This document shows, in pieces, positions 9,524 through 19,496 of a DNA stretch of 64,000 nt (within the stretch, counting starts at the first letter, position 1; the number at the start of each line of letters is the position of its first letter). The translations under genes and the position numbers were made by a program. Source of the stretch: Spirochaetota bacterium. Its GTDB lineage: Bacteria; Spirochaetota; UBA4802; UBA5550. The notes beneath the pieces are model-generated. The model made no database searches. It had not been told where the DNA came from and saw nothing but the letters and a program-made list of their open reading frames with translations. The stretch covers positions 268,189 to 332,188 of the forward strand of contig JBGSUQ010000025.1 of the NCBI GenBank assembly GCA_041753395.1. Reading direction: 5' to 3'.

Positions 9524-10522
9524 ATGATTATTATTTTAAGGATATTATTTATTGTTCTATCAATGCTATTTTCATCATTATACTTTGTTGATAAAGCGTT
9601 TTATGTAATTCTGGCCGTTGCGGCGGTGGCCGGCGTTGTTTCTCTTCTCATCCTCATACTGGTGGAATACGTGCTGCATACCTTTTCGGCGCGGACATTC
9701 GCCGCTGCGATTATAGGGCTGATCATCGGCTTCACCCTGGGTCATCTTCTTAATCTCGCTTACGGGGCGCTGCATATCACGGCCCTGGACGAATACTCGC
9801 ATATCATTACTCCCCTCATCTATCACCTGACTGGCTTTTTTGTGATGATGTACTTTGTCATCAATTATGATGAGATAACCTTCCTGGACAAGATTGTTTC
9901 CTCCAGCGAGGAAAGCTCAGATGAAAAAATTGCATACAAGATACTCGATACCAGCGTCATTATCGACGGCAGGATCGCCGACATCTGCGACACCGGTTTT
10001 ATCGAGGGCATTCTGGTCATTCCTAACTTTGTCCTGAACGAGCTCCAGATGATAGCGGATTCGGCGGATTCGATTAAAAGGAATCGCGGCCGCCGCGGCC
10101 TGGACATTCTGAACAAAATGCAGAAAGACCAGTCTATAATGGTGAAGATAACGGACATGGATTTCGCCGACATCAACGAGGTGGATGCTAAGCTCGTGAA
10201 GCTGGCGAAGATCATGAACGCCAAGGTCGTTACCAACGACTTTAACCTGAACAAGGTGGCCGAGTTCCATGGGGTACCGGTCCTTAATATCAATCAGCTC
10301 TCCAACGCCCTGAAGCCGGTGGTACTCCCCGGCGAGGAAATGAGGGTCGCCCTCATCAAGGAGGGGAAAGACCAGAACCAGGCCATAGGATATCTTGATG
10401 ACGGCACCATGGTGGTGGTCGAGAACGGCCGGAGGCGGTTGAATGATGAGGTTGATGTTACAGTCACCTCGGTGCTGCAAACAACCGCAGGGCGGATGAT
10501 ATTCACCAGGCTGAAAGATTAA
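9524..10522 (+). CDS. PIN/TRAM-domain membrane protein (YacL-like)
   Basis: AAGGAG SD. N-terminal TM helices, a central PIN-like domain ([15 protein letters not shown]...) and a C-terminal TRAM-like domain ([20 protein letters not shown]). The conserved cdnL-yacL synteny is present. Confidence 0.7.
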   Translation: MIIILRILFIVLSMLFSSLYFVDKAFYVILAVAAVAGVVSLLILILVEYVLHTFSARTFAAAIIGLIIGFTLGHLLNLAYGALHITALDEYSHIITPLIYHLTGFFVMMYFVINYDEITFLDKIVSSSEESSDEKIAYKILDTSVIIDGRIADICDTGFIEGILVIPNFVLNELQMIADSADSIKRNRGRRGLDILNKMQKDQSIMVKITDMDFADINEVDAKLVKLAKIMNAKVVTNDFNLNKVAEFHGVPVLNINQLSNALKPVVLPGEEMRVALIKEGKDQNQAIGYLDDGTMVVVENGRRRLNDEVDVTVTSVLQTTAGRMIFTRLKD

Positions 10523-10540
10523 TAACAGGGCTTTTCATCC

Positions 10541-11821
10541 ATGCGATTGATCAATGAGATCACGGTCATCATCAGGAAAAAAAGCTTTCCCAGCTTCATC
10601 GATGAGCTGTACAAGCGTGAGTGCGATCTCCTCGAGCTTCAGCATATCGAGGAGTCGGGTGACGGTTACCTTTACACCCTTCGTATCGCATGCGACAACC
10701 TGAAGCGCTTCGAGGAATTCGTTACCATCATAAGCAACGCCGGCGACAAGTACAAGTTCATATCGGTGAAAAATGTTGTTGAAGATCGCATTGTAGGCGG
10801 TCTCCTCTCCGTATCAGGGAAAATACCGCTTGAAAATATAACTGACCTCAACACCTCTGTGCTGGGCGCGGCAGACCTGATGCTTGAAAAGATAAAAAGC
10901 GAAGACGGGAAGCGCTACACCAGCATTTCGCGGAACGTGGCCCTGGTCGCAGGGATCAGGTCAACGGAAGAAGCGGCCCGTGTAAACCTCCTCAAGGAAT
11001 ATGTCGGCGCCGAGCGCGACGCTGTGATACTCAACAGGTTTTCAGGCCTTAACGGTTTCCCCCTGACGGTACGCTTCGAGCACCCAGAGGACGTCATCCA
11101 GGTTCTCAAGAAGATCGAGCATAATTATTCCGCGCTCCGCGTCACCCGCATCGACGAGGCTTCGATCATGCTCTATGACATGCTGTTTTCTGACCTTACT
11201 GTGCCCATTGCCTCGCTGGAGCATGACGATATTCCCCTGTTCCTGCTGGTCCTCGTCATCAAGATTATGATGAAGTACCGGATCAAGGCGGAAGAAACCA
11301 CGGTCGGCTTCATCGGCATTGACCTGAGCGCCGTGCGCCTCACCCGGGTCCTGGACAAGATCGGCTTCCGGAGGATACTCGGCTTCGATCACAACGAAAA
11401 TTCAATGCTGGCCCTGGAAAACCAGGGAGGCCTTGCGACAACAGCAGAGAATATTTTTGGTAACGCTGACATTACCATTCTTTTGAAAAACAACTTCGAT
11501 ATCGAAGAGTACCGGAAAATACGGCCAGGACAGTTTGTCATATCCTTCATGGGCAAGGATGGGCCCGACCTGGAAGAGATATCGGGTAAAGGCGTGCGTG
11601 AGTTCTTAAAACGGGGGTTGTCTGATCTGGCGGTCCTGTACCCGGGCATGCTGCGCGGGATGATCGACGCAAATGTCGGAAATATCAATGATGCGAGGCT
11701 GGTTGAGTATTCGAAAAAGCTGGTGACCCTGCTGTCAGACGCCTTCGAATTTCCCCATCTCTTTGGAGACATCCATGACAAGGTTTATAAAATTGTCTCC
11801 CAGGACAAGGTTAAGCCTTAA
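10541..11821 (+). CDS. ACT-domain protein with a malic-enzyme-like NAD(P)-binding (Malic_M-like) domain
   Basis: C-terminal region FVISFMGKDGPDLEEI...LAVLYPGMLRGMIDANVGNINDARLVEYSKKL parallels the malic-enzyme NAD domain. N-terminal ~80 aa are ACT-like. Confidence 0.5.
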   Translation: MRLINEITVIIRKKSFPSFIDELYKRECDLLELQHIEESGDGYLYTLRIACDNLKRFEEFVTIISNAGDKYKFISVKNVVEDRIVGGLLSVSGKIPLENITDLNTSVLGAADLMLEKIKSEDGKRYTSISRNVALVAGIRSTEEAARVNLLKEYVGAERDAVILNRFSGLNGFPLTVRFEHPEDVIQVLKKIEHNYSALRVTRIDEASIMLYDMLFSDLTVPIASLEHDDIPLFLLVLVIKIMMKYRIKAEETTVGFIGIDLSAVRLTRVLDKIGFRRILGFDHNENSMLALENQGGLATTAENIFGNADITILLKNNFDIEEYRKIRPGQFVISFMGKDGPDLEEISGKGVREFLKRGLSDLAVLYPGMLRGMIDANVGNINDARLVEYSKKLVTLLSDAFEFPHLFGDIHDKVYKIVSQDKVKP

Positions 11822-11844
11822 CCCGGATGCGGGTCACTATTTTA

Positions 11845-12200
11845 GCGAGGGAGACGGCCTCCGCGGCCTTCTCCCTCGCGCTCCCACTTCCCGGTCGCTC
11901 AAACGGCGCGACTGCCTTGGCGATTAACTCGACTGCGTTCGCTTCGCTCTGCGCAGCCTCGGACAACAATCGCCTATCAGTATCCGCCCTCCGGGCGGAT
12001 GTTTTTGGGGATGGTTTATTGGAATAAATTTTGCATTGAATACCTGCGGCATGGATGCCGCAGGCGGCGCGAGTCTGCAGGAGGCTGCATACGAGCGCCG
12101 GGCAGGATTAGGATGTTCATTATTTAAGCCCAGCCCGCCGCAGGCGCGGGGTGATGAAGAGCGCGAGAGGAAGAGGGAAGCCACCCTCTTCCTCTCGCAA
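11845..12200. repeat. GC-rich region of multiple perfect hairpins between convergent genes (REP-like; could be 3'UTR or sRNA)
   Basis: GCGAGGGAGACGGCC-tccgc-GGCCTTCTCCCTCGC at 11850-11886; TGCGGCATGGATGCCGCAG; GCGAGAGGAAGAGGG-aagccacc-CTCTTCCTCTCGC at 12165-12200. Confidence 0.5.
11984..12007 (+). terminator. intrinsic terminator for the plus-strand ACT/malic-enzyme-like gene
   Basis: CCGCC-ctccg-GGCGG followed by ATGTTTTTG. Confidence 0.6.
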
Positions 12201-12224
12201 AAATACCCGCCCGGGACCCGGGCA
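12199..12224 (-). terminator. intrinsic terminator for the minus-strand lipoprotein gene
   Basis: Minus strand reads GCCCGGGTCCCGGGC followed by GGGTATTTTT. Confidence 0.55.
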
Positions 12225-12235
12225 ATAATAAGATA

Positions 12236-13021
12236 TTATTCTGTTATTATGACCCACCGGAGGTTACTGTAATTAAACAGGCGGTATTCAGCACTCCCTC
12301 CCGTTGAACGGGAGAACCGACGCACTGTGAGTTCGCTGCGCGGGGCTGACAGGTCGATACGATCAAAATCGCTGTAGGCGGTATTTATTTTGTTATGATC
12401 TTCGGCGACCTCGTAGGTGCCCATGGGACCGATAATAAATGATTTCTCTCCAACAAGACGCTGGACCTTTTCCATGTCCACCATGAGGATGAATATCCCT
12501 GGCATGGTGCCGGGAGCACTTATTTCAGATGATACCGCTATGTAATACCCGTCCCAGTAGAGGGGTTCTGAGGACATGCTGGTAATGAAGGGTTTTATTT
12601 CCCTGTTGGCATAGCATCGGCCGAGGGCTGTTTTGCCCAGGGTGGTTCTGACGTTTCTGGCGAAGATCCCGTCGTTTTTCATGGTATAGACCACCGTGCC
12701 TTCCCTGTTTATCAGAACAAAATCGGAATACACGCCCCCGGTGACAGATTTGATCATTGAGGTTATTCCATCCCTCTCCAGCAGGTAATACTTGTCGCCG
12801 CCGCCGTCCATCCGCTGCAGGTGGGTCAGCATTTTTATCAGGTCGCGCTCGATGATAACTTTTTTCGCTTTTTCCAGGTCAGCTTTGCACAGTTCAAATA
12901 AGCTTTTAAGAGGGGTTGTATTGACCGATCCGGGGGAAGGCAAGGATGTGCAGGAGGCGGCTAGAAACGCACCTGTGAGAATAGCAAAAAACTTGTTCAG
13001 TATTTTTGTATTTGGATACAT
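12236..13021 (-). CDS. hypothetical lipoprotein (possible Cache-like periplasmic sensor fold)
   Basis: MYPNTKILNKFFAILTGAFLAASC gives a signal peptide with a lipobox. No catalytic motif recognised. Confidence 0.55.
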   Translation of the reverse strand: MYPNTKILNKFFAILTGAFLAASCTSLPSPGSVNTTPLKSLFELCKADLEKAKKVIIERDLIKMLTHLQRMDGGGDKYYLLERDGITSMIKSVTGGVYSDFVLINREGTVVYTMKNDGIFARNVRTTLGKTALGRCYANREIKPFITSMSSEPLYWDGYYIAVSSEISAPGTMPGIFILMVDMEKVQRLVGEKSFIIGPMGTYEVAEDHNKINTAYSDFDRIDLSAPRSELTVRRFSRSTGGSAEYRLFNYSNLRWVIITE

Positions 13022-13170
13022 TGTTTGTTATAATTTTCGGCTTGAAAGTGGATGGTGGTAAGCAATTTATGGTCGATAATTGATTTCGTTGACCATACTG
13101 TATAATAGATTTGAATCATATATAGAATTGTCGAGTAAAGAAACAAGTCGAATAGTATTACATTTTTTGA

Positions 13171-13992
13171 ATGAAGCATATGAAAAGATATACAATTTTC
13201 GCAATTATGTTGATCCTATTTATTGTACTGATTACTATAAAAGCCAGGGCTGGATTCGTGAATAATCAGCATAATGATACAGCAGTAGATACCATAGCAG
13301 TTAATGCTGACGAGATGCATACCTCTGATGATTCTTTTGATAAAAACAATATAAAACCTGACGACCTGCAGATAGAGGAACCGGAGAAGATAAAAAAGAC
13401 CGGGGTAGATGTTATTCAAGAAAACAACAGGGGTAAATCCAGGAAGAATACATTCGCTTTTTTCGACCCCTCCGGCAGGGAGTACGTCGCCCTCTTTATA
13501 GGCTACGGCGGCTATGTTCCTGTTGCCGACTATGGAGAGGGATACAAACCGGGACATCTTGTTTCATTCATCGCCGGCATTTATTACATAAATTTCCTGG
13601 GCCTGTCGCCGGAGATCCATGTACGGTACGCAGCCATGGATTACAAAGATGACCCGCTTCGGTACAAGGCCAGCCTCTCCCAGATGCAGGTGTATCCGGC
13701 AATTGTATACCGCTACCCGATCAGGCTGCCGCGGAACACCCTCACCGTGTACGGACGCGTCTGGGACGGCCTGTCCATGATTCATTACAAATCCCGGGAT
13801 CCTTACTTTCCTGTTGTCGGCAGGAATATCACGGAGAACCTCAATGTCTTCGGCCTTTCCGCCGGCTGCTACTACGACGTGTGGCGGGGATTATTGGTAG
13901 GTATTGATTTCAGCTACAGCATCGTCTCGACCGCGCAAAAGCTGCTGCAGGCGGTGTCCCTCAAGGTGAACGTTGGGTGGCGGATACTGTAG
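13171..13992 (+). CDS. hypothetical secreted protein (signal peptide; possibly beta-barrel outer-membrane protein)
   Basis: MKHMKRYTIFAIMLILFIVLITIKARA is a signal peptide. Alternating hydrophobic pattern toward the C-terminus. Divergent from the neighbouring lipoprotein gene. Confidence 0.5.
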   Translation: MKHMKRYTIFAIMLILFIVLITIKARAGFVNNQHNDTAVDTIAVNADEMHTSDDSFDKNNIKPDDLQIEEPEKIKKTGVDVIQENNRGKSRKNTFAFFDPSGREYVALFIGYGGYVPVADYGEGYKPGHLVSFIAGIYYINFLGLSPEIHVRYAAMDYKDDPLRYKASLSQMQVYPAIVYRYPIRLPRNTLTVYGRVWDGLSMIHYKSRDPYFPVVGRNITENLNVFGLSAGCYYDVWRGLLVGIDFSYSIVSTAQKLLQAVSLKVNVGWRIL

Positions 13993-14174
13993 CGGGCCTA
14001 TTCTGATCCGCCGAATCGATAGTTGATTATCAAGGGATGTGCATTCTCGCGAGATCAAGCATTGAAGATGATATGAACTTCATCTATAATGATAATTTTT
14101 TAATTCATTTCCTAAAAAATTGTTTTCATTTATCGATCCATGTATCTTCTATGATACATGGATCGATGCCGATC

Positions 14175-15707
14175 ATGAGAAAGCAATTAATAATCAATCT
14201 TATCTCAAATTTATTGTCGCTGGGGATATCTACATTAATTTCCCTCTGGCTTGTGCCATTCATGATAAATCATCTCGGCGCGGACGCCTACGGATATGTC
14301 CCCCTTACTCAGCAGTTAATCAACTACCTGACCGTGGTGACCATTGCCCTGAATTCGATGATAGCGAGGTTCTTTACTGTTGCCATGGAACGGGGAGATA
14401 AAGACGGCGCCGAAAAATATTTCAATACCTCGTTATATTCAAACATTATGATTTCCCTCCTTCTCATGGTGCCGCTGGTAATCGGCACGGTTTTCCTTGA
14501 CAGGCTCATTAAAATCCCGCCGCACCTGGTCTTTGACGTCCAGCTCTCGTTTATTCTCTTCGGGCTCGTGTTTGTAATTTCGACCATCAGCTCAACGTTC
14601 TCCGTCGCGACATTTTACACCAATAAATTATACCTGAGCAGTGTCAGCAACGCGGCATCCACCATTGTACGGGCAATTGCCATCCTGTTGCTGTTCTATG
14701 TCATATCCCCGATGATCTGGCAGGTGGGATTCAGCTCCCTCGCTTCTATGATCGTTTTGTTCGCCCTGAGTTACTGGATCTTCAGAAAAATCCTGCCCGA
14801 CATCAAAGTGTCATTCAGGCAGTTTGACAGGAAGAAATTCACCGACATCACCTTTTCCGGTCTCTGGATGTCACTCAACTGGAGCGGCGCGATACTTTTT
14901 TTGTATGTCGATCTCCTGGTAGCGAACCGGGTCCTTGGACCGAGGATCTCCGGCGAATACGCGGCGGTACTGCAATGGTCCAACATGTTGAGGGTCTTCT
15001 GCGGAAGCATCACCGGCGTTTTCGGTCCGGCCATCATTTCTCTTTACGCCCAGCATAAAATCGCCGAAATGGTCAGATACACGAACCAGTCCGTTAAATT
15101 GACCGGCCTCATGATCGCCTTGCCCATAGGCCTGATCTGCGGGCTTGCCGGACCGCTGCTTTCCCTGTGGATAAATCCGGAATTCAAAAAGTATGAATGG
15201 CTCCTGTTTCTCACTGTCATACATCTTTCTATAAACCTTGCGGTCCAGCCAATGTTCATTATTCAAACTGCCATCAACAAGGTCAAAATTCCGGCCATAG
15301 TTACCCTGGTGATGGGGGCGGCCAATGTGCTGCTGGCAATTATCCTGGCAGGTCCCGCCGGAATGGGTGTGTATGGAATCGCCCTTGCCGGCTGTATCCT
15401 CCTGACGGCAAAAAATATATTTTTCACGCCCATCTATAACGCCCATATCACCGGTGAACCGATTTTTGCTTTTTGCAAGAGTTTCTTCCAGCCCATAGCC
15501 GCATCGACAGTAATCGCGGCAATCGGCATAGCACTCCAGCATTTTTTCAGCATAAACAGCCTCGCGTCTCTTTTTGTCGTTCTCTGCGTGATAAGTCTTT
15601 TTTACTGCGCAGTGGTGTATTTCGTTTTTCTCACGGCAGATGAGCGCAGATATTTTCATGACATGATTGCGCCTGCACTGAAATACCTGCGAGGCACAAG
15701 CGAATGA
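14175..15707 (+). CDS. polysaccharide/O-antigen flippase (Wzx-like, MOP superfamily)
   Basis: About 12 predicted TM helices. N-terminal MRKQLIINLISNLLSLGISTLISLWLVPFMINHLGADAYGY is typical of Wzx. Start chosen at ATG 14175; the ORF-track frame opens at 14037. Confidence 0.7.
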   Translation: MRKQLIINLISNLLSLGISTLISLWLVPFMINHLGADAYGYVPLTQQLINYLTVVTIALNSMIARFFTVAMERGDKDGAEKYFNTSLYSNIMISLLLMVPLVIGTVFLDRLIKIPPHLVFDVQLSFILFGLVFVISTISSTFSVATFYTNKLYLSSVSNAASTIVRAIAILLLFYVISPMIWQVGFSSLASMIVLFALSYWIFRKILPDIKVSFRQFDRKKFTDITFSGLWMSLNWSGAILFLYVDLLVANRVLGPRISGEYAAVLQWSNMLRVFCGSITGVFGPAIISLYAQHKIAEMVRYTNQSVKLTGLMIALPIGLICGLAGPLLSLWINPEFKKYEWLLFLTVIHLSINLAVQPMFIIQTAINKVKIPAIVTLVMGAANVLLAIILAGPAGMGVYGIALAGCILLTAKNIFFTPIYNAHITGEPIFAFCKSFFQPIAASTVIAAIGIALQHFFSINSLASLFVVLCVISLFYCAVVYFVFLTADERRYFHDMIAPALKYLRGTSE

Positions 15708-17068
15708 ATACCATAAAGCAATATCTGAAAACAGATCTCTGTTCGGGCTGCGGCATGTGCAGCGGCATATGCCCCGCGGGTCATATCGTTATTGCCGACA
15801 ACACGTTCGGCGAGTACCGTCCCGTTGCCGGTGAGCTGGCGTGTACGGAGTGCGGACTGTGTCTGCGCGTCTGCCCGTTCATCGAGGACACGACAAACAA
15901 TGAGGAAGCCATCGGGGCAGGGCTCTTCGGAGTCGTCCCCGGTATCAGGAAAAATCCGTTCTGCGGATACTATCTCGCTTCGTATGTCGGATACTCTCCC
16001 GGGCACCGGATGAAGAGCGCCTCGGGCGGTTGTGCCACCTGGTTTCTGGAACGACTGCTAGAGAAAGGCATCGTCGATGCGGTCCTGTGCGTCGGCCATG
16101 GCTCCGGCCCTGACCGGTTATTTGATTATCGTGTGGCATCTACGCCCGAAATGCTGCGCGAGTGTTCCAAATCAGCATATTACCCGGTTGAGATGTCGCG
16201 CATTATCAAAATGTTGCGAGAGGACAGGAGAAAATTTGCCATCATCGGGCTCCCCTGCTTCATTAAAGCCGTTCAGAGGGCGCGTGAAGCCAGCCCCCGT
16301 CTCAAAGAAAGATTAGTGATCACCGCCGGCATTACCTGCGGTCACCTGCCGGCAAAGTCGATGACGCAGGAGGTGGCTATTTCCATCGGCCGGAATCCCC
16401 GCGAAATTACCAGGGTAACATTCAGGGTCAAATCGGATGATACAAAAGCCACTCAGTACTGCACCGAGTATACCCTGAAAAACTGTGAAACGGCCCGGGC
16501 ATATACGGAGCTGGAGAAAAGCTTTTTCAGTCGTCTATTCACGCAGCGGTCATGTGATTTCTGTGACGACATTTTTGCCGAATGCGCTGATGTGTCATTC
16601 ATGGATGCATGGCTGCCGGAATATGCGGATGAACGGAGAGGCATGTCGCTGGTCATTGCTCGTTCGGAGCTATGCACCTCTGTTTTCACCGACGCGCCTT
16701 CAGCCATACAGCCGATAGCTATTGACCGTGTGGTGGAATCTCAAACATCCGTAGGGCTCATTCGATATAAGCGTGAGGCGATCTATGCAAGGATAAAGGC
16801 CGCGCGACTATGCCGTCGCGAGGTTCCTCAAAAACGAGCGATACGGCAGCCACTCCGCAGGATGCCGCTTCTCCTTGCTGAGGCCGCATGCGATTCGCTG
16901 GCGCGCAGGTCGATTCGCCGATGGTGGCCGTCTGTGATGGGGAATTACTCTTTGATTACAAAAATGAAGCGTCATGCAAATTTCTGGTTAAACAGTAAAA
17001 AAAATATTTCAAATATCTACAGCTTGCCGTTCAGGATCATAGATATCATAAAAGGATCCCGGCGATAA
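15704..17068 (+). CDS. coenzyme F420 hydrogenase/dehydrogenase beta-subunit-like Fe-S flavoprotein (FrhB/FdhB family, polysaccharide-cluster type)
   Basis: Two N-terminal 4Fe-4S motifs (CSGCGMCSGICP, CTECGLCLRVCP) then an FrhB-like domain. ATGA overlap with the flippase stop. It precedes a pyruvyl transferase, as in known pyruvylated-polysaccharide loci. Confidence 0.7.
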   Translation: MNTIKQYLKTDLCSGCGMCSGICPAGHIVIADNTFGEYRPVAGELACTECGLCLRVCPFIEDTTNNEEAIGAGLFGVVPGIRKNPFCGYYLASYVGYSPGHRMKSASGGCATWFLERLLEKGIVDAVLCVGHGSGPDRLFDYRVASTPEMLRECSKSAYYPVEMSRIIKMLREDRRKFAIIGLPCFIKAVQRAREASPRLKERLVITAGITCGHLPAKSMTQEVAISIGRNPREITRVTFRVKSDDTKATQYCTEYTLKNCETARAYTELEKSFFSRLFTQRSCDFCDDIFAECADVSFMDAWLPEYADERRGMSLVIARSELCTSVFTDAPSAIQPIAIDRVVESQTSVGLIRYKREAIYARIKAARLCRREVPQKRAIRQPLRRMPLLLAEAACDSLARRSIRRWWPSVMGNYSLITKMKRHANFWLNSKKNISNIYSLPFRIIDIIKGSRR

Positions 17069-17204
17069 AAAAACAGGCGGGTTTTGTAAAATAGTTGCCT
17101 TCTATTAAGCAGCAACAGAGAATAGCAGCTACCATGACAGTGAATGATCGATCACTATCATTTACGCTTGTTTAAATGGCGAATAGACAAGGAGATCATG
17201 AATA

Positions 17205-18215
17205 ATGAAAATAGGGATTCTGACCCTTTATAATGCAATTAATGCCGGGGCTTTTCTCCAGGCGTATGCTTTGCAAAAGTTACTAATAAGCATGGGACAC
17301 GCCCCGGAGTTCATCAATTTTACTACGCCCCGATATATCTATAAAAAATACAGGCCCTATATTACGACGCAGCCCGGTTATATTATATTCAGCATCGTCC
17401 TGATCGCGAAATTCATGAAGGCTTGGAGAAAACTGAACCTGGCCGGGATCCTGGCACGAAGCAAAAAATATGACGCGGTCATCATCGGGAGCGACGAAGT
17501 GTGGAATCTCACCAACGAGACCTTTGATCACATCCCTCAATTTTTTGGCAACGCCCTGAAGTCGGATCGTATAATCGCCTATGCGCCGAGTTGCGGACTG
17601 ACATCCTTCGAAGACATAGCCAATCATGCCGGCGCGGTTGAAGGCATTAAAAGAATGCACGCGGTATCAGGCAGGGATGACAATACGGCCGGCCTTCTCC
17701 GTACAATTACCGGGCGCCCTGCGCCTATGGTGCTTGATCCAACGCTCCTGGTCGATTTTTCCGATGATGAAATCAGCCAGGCAGACCGTAATTATATTCT
17801 GGTGTATGCCGTTGGCCTTCAAAATCATCAGATTTCGCGGATCAAGGCATTTGCGGAAAAATTGAAAAAGCCCCTCATTTCCCCCTGCTTTTACAATACA
17901 TGGTGCGATAAATCCATCGCAGCTTCTCCCGGTGAATTTCTCGGTTTGATCCGAAATGCCGATTACGTCATTACGAATACATTTCATGGAACCCTCCTTT
18001 CTCTCTGTTACCACCGGCAATTTGGCACATTTGTCGAAAAAAGCCACAAGATTAAATCGGTGCTCAAGTACCTGGACATCGAAGACAGAAACATAAGCGA
18101 TATGCCTGAATTGGATACCGTGGTACTCAGACCTGTTGACTTTAAAGCAATAGACAAAAAAATTTCTGAAGAACGAGGCAAGTCTCTCAAGTTTATCAAG
18201 GATTCGCTTGCATAA
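17205..18215 (+). CDS. polysaccharide pyruvyl transferase (CsaB/WcaK family)
   Basis: AAGGAG SD. MKIGILTLYNAINAGAFLQAYALQKLL and overall PS_pyruv_trans-like architecture. Confidence 0.75.
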   Translation: MKIGILTLYNAINAGAFLQAYALQKLLISMGHAPEFINFTTPRYIYKKYRPYITTQPGYIIFSIVLIAKFMKAWRKLNLAGILARSKKYDAVIIGSDEVWNLTNETFDHIPQFFGNALKSDRIIAYAPSCGLTSFEDIANHAGAVEGIKRMHAVSGRDDNTAGLLRTITGRPAPMVLDPTLLVDFSDDEISQADRNYILVYAVGLQNHQISRIKAFAEKLKKPLISPCFYNTWCDKSIAASPGEFLGLIRNADYVITNTFHGTLLSLCYHRQFGTFVEKSHKIKSVLKYLDIEDRNISDMPELDTVVLRPVDFKAIDKKISEERGKSLKFIKDSLA

Positions 18216-18355
18216 TTCAATAATACATCAATGGATGAGATGGCATATGCCTGCTATTCCGGGTAGTAGGGAATCGGGCGGCGAACATGAAATACAGCTG
18301 ACATAGTTGTTATTATCAGAAAACAAATATCGGGTAACATATAATAAGTAATCCA

Positions 18356-19393
18356 ATGAAAAGTTCAATCCTGCACCACACAATACGTGGAAATGATTCG
18401 AGTGATATTCCTCTCGTTTCGGCGGTTATGCCGGTTTATAATTCTGAAAAATACCTGGCCCAAACCCTTGACAGCGTGTGCGCGCAGACATATCGGAACC
18501 TCGAGATTGTTATCGTGGATGATGGCAGCTTCGATTCCAGCCGGGACATCATCAAGAGAAAAATGCCGGAATACCCAAATATTGTATATATCCGCCAGGA
18601 AAATGCGGGAGTTTCCGCCGCGCGTAACCGCGGCATCAGGGAATCAAGAGGAGCCTATATTGCTTTCATAGACAGCGACGACCTGTGGGATCCGACGAAG
18701 ATCGAGCGGCAGGTGGAGGCAATGCGGGAGACCGGCATGAAGGCCTGTTACTGTGGCCAGAGAAACCTGTTCGACCACAATGGGGCATGCGTAGTTGACA
18801 AATTCCGGAGGATCACCGGCGATATTCTGGTCCCGTTTCTAAGGAATGAGGTCTGGCCCATGACGAGTACCTGGATCGTCAGCCGCTCTCTCATCGATGA
18901 ACATGATATCTGGTTTCACAAGGGCACCAGCTGGGGGGAGGACGGGGAATATTTTATCAAGGTCGCGGCGCTCGCACAGGTGTGTGCCGTTGTATCAAAC
19001 CTGACGACGTACCGCATCCGGAAAGAATCGCTTTCGGGATATAAAATCGAGCACCGGAACCTTGTTGATGTCTGGGTCCGCACTAGAGACTGGCTTCGCG
19101 ATTGTTCCGGCCGGGCGGACGCAGTTTATTGCGCCCGGATCATTGATGAATTCAGAATACCTTCGGTCATCATCCAGTGTCTGTACGAAGAAAAAAAACA
19201 GGGGCTCCGCGGGGTTAAAGACCATTTTATTCAGAGTGGGATCGATTCAAGCCGGGTGGAGGTGGCAGGGATTATCCGTTACTGCAATTTTTATTTGGAC
19301 TCGGTGAAGCTTGTAATAATGAAACTTGCTGCGACCAATGAATTGTTCTACCAGCTGGTGCGTTTTACTGGTGACATCCTATACGGGAGATAG
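18356..19393 (+). CDS. family 2 glycosyltransferase
   Basis: VSAVMPVYNSEKYLAQTLDSVCAQTY...IVIVDDGS...AARNRGI...FIDSDD are GT2 (GT-A) motifs. Confidence 0.85.
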   Translation: MKSSILHHTIRGNDSSDIPLVSAVMPVYNSEKYLAQTLDSVCAQTYRNLEIVIVDDGSFDSSRDIIKRKMPEYPNIVYIRQENAGVSAARNRGIRESRGAYIAFIDSDDLWDPTKIERQVEAMRETGMKACYCGQRNLFDHNGACVVDKFRRITGDILVPFLRNEVWPMTSTWIVSRSLIDEHDIWFHKGTSWGEDGEYFIKVAALAQVCAVVSNLTTYRIRKESLSGYKIEHRNLVDVWVRTRDWLRDCSGRADAVYCARIIDEFRIPSVIIQCLYEEKKQGLRGVKDHFIQSGIDSSRVEVAGIIRYCNFYLDSVKLVIMKLAATNELFYQLVRFTGDILYGR

Positions 19394-19496
19394 TGGCCGT
19401 CCGCCCGGGCGTATGTTTGCAAAGAGTCCTGTAGAGCGGGTGAGACGTATTGCGCCCGCAGGCTGTCGTGCCGTATGAGCGACAGGGGTCCTGTCG

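Noticed and set aside
19394-19496. Hairpin CGACAGG-ggtc-CTGTCG between convergent GT2 and helicase genes as a terminator.
   Set aside because: No U-tract on either strand. Kept as an unscored observation only.
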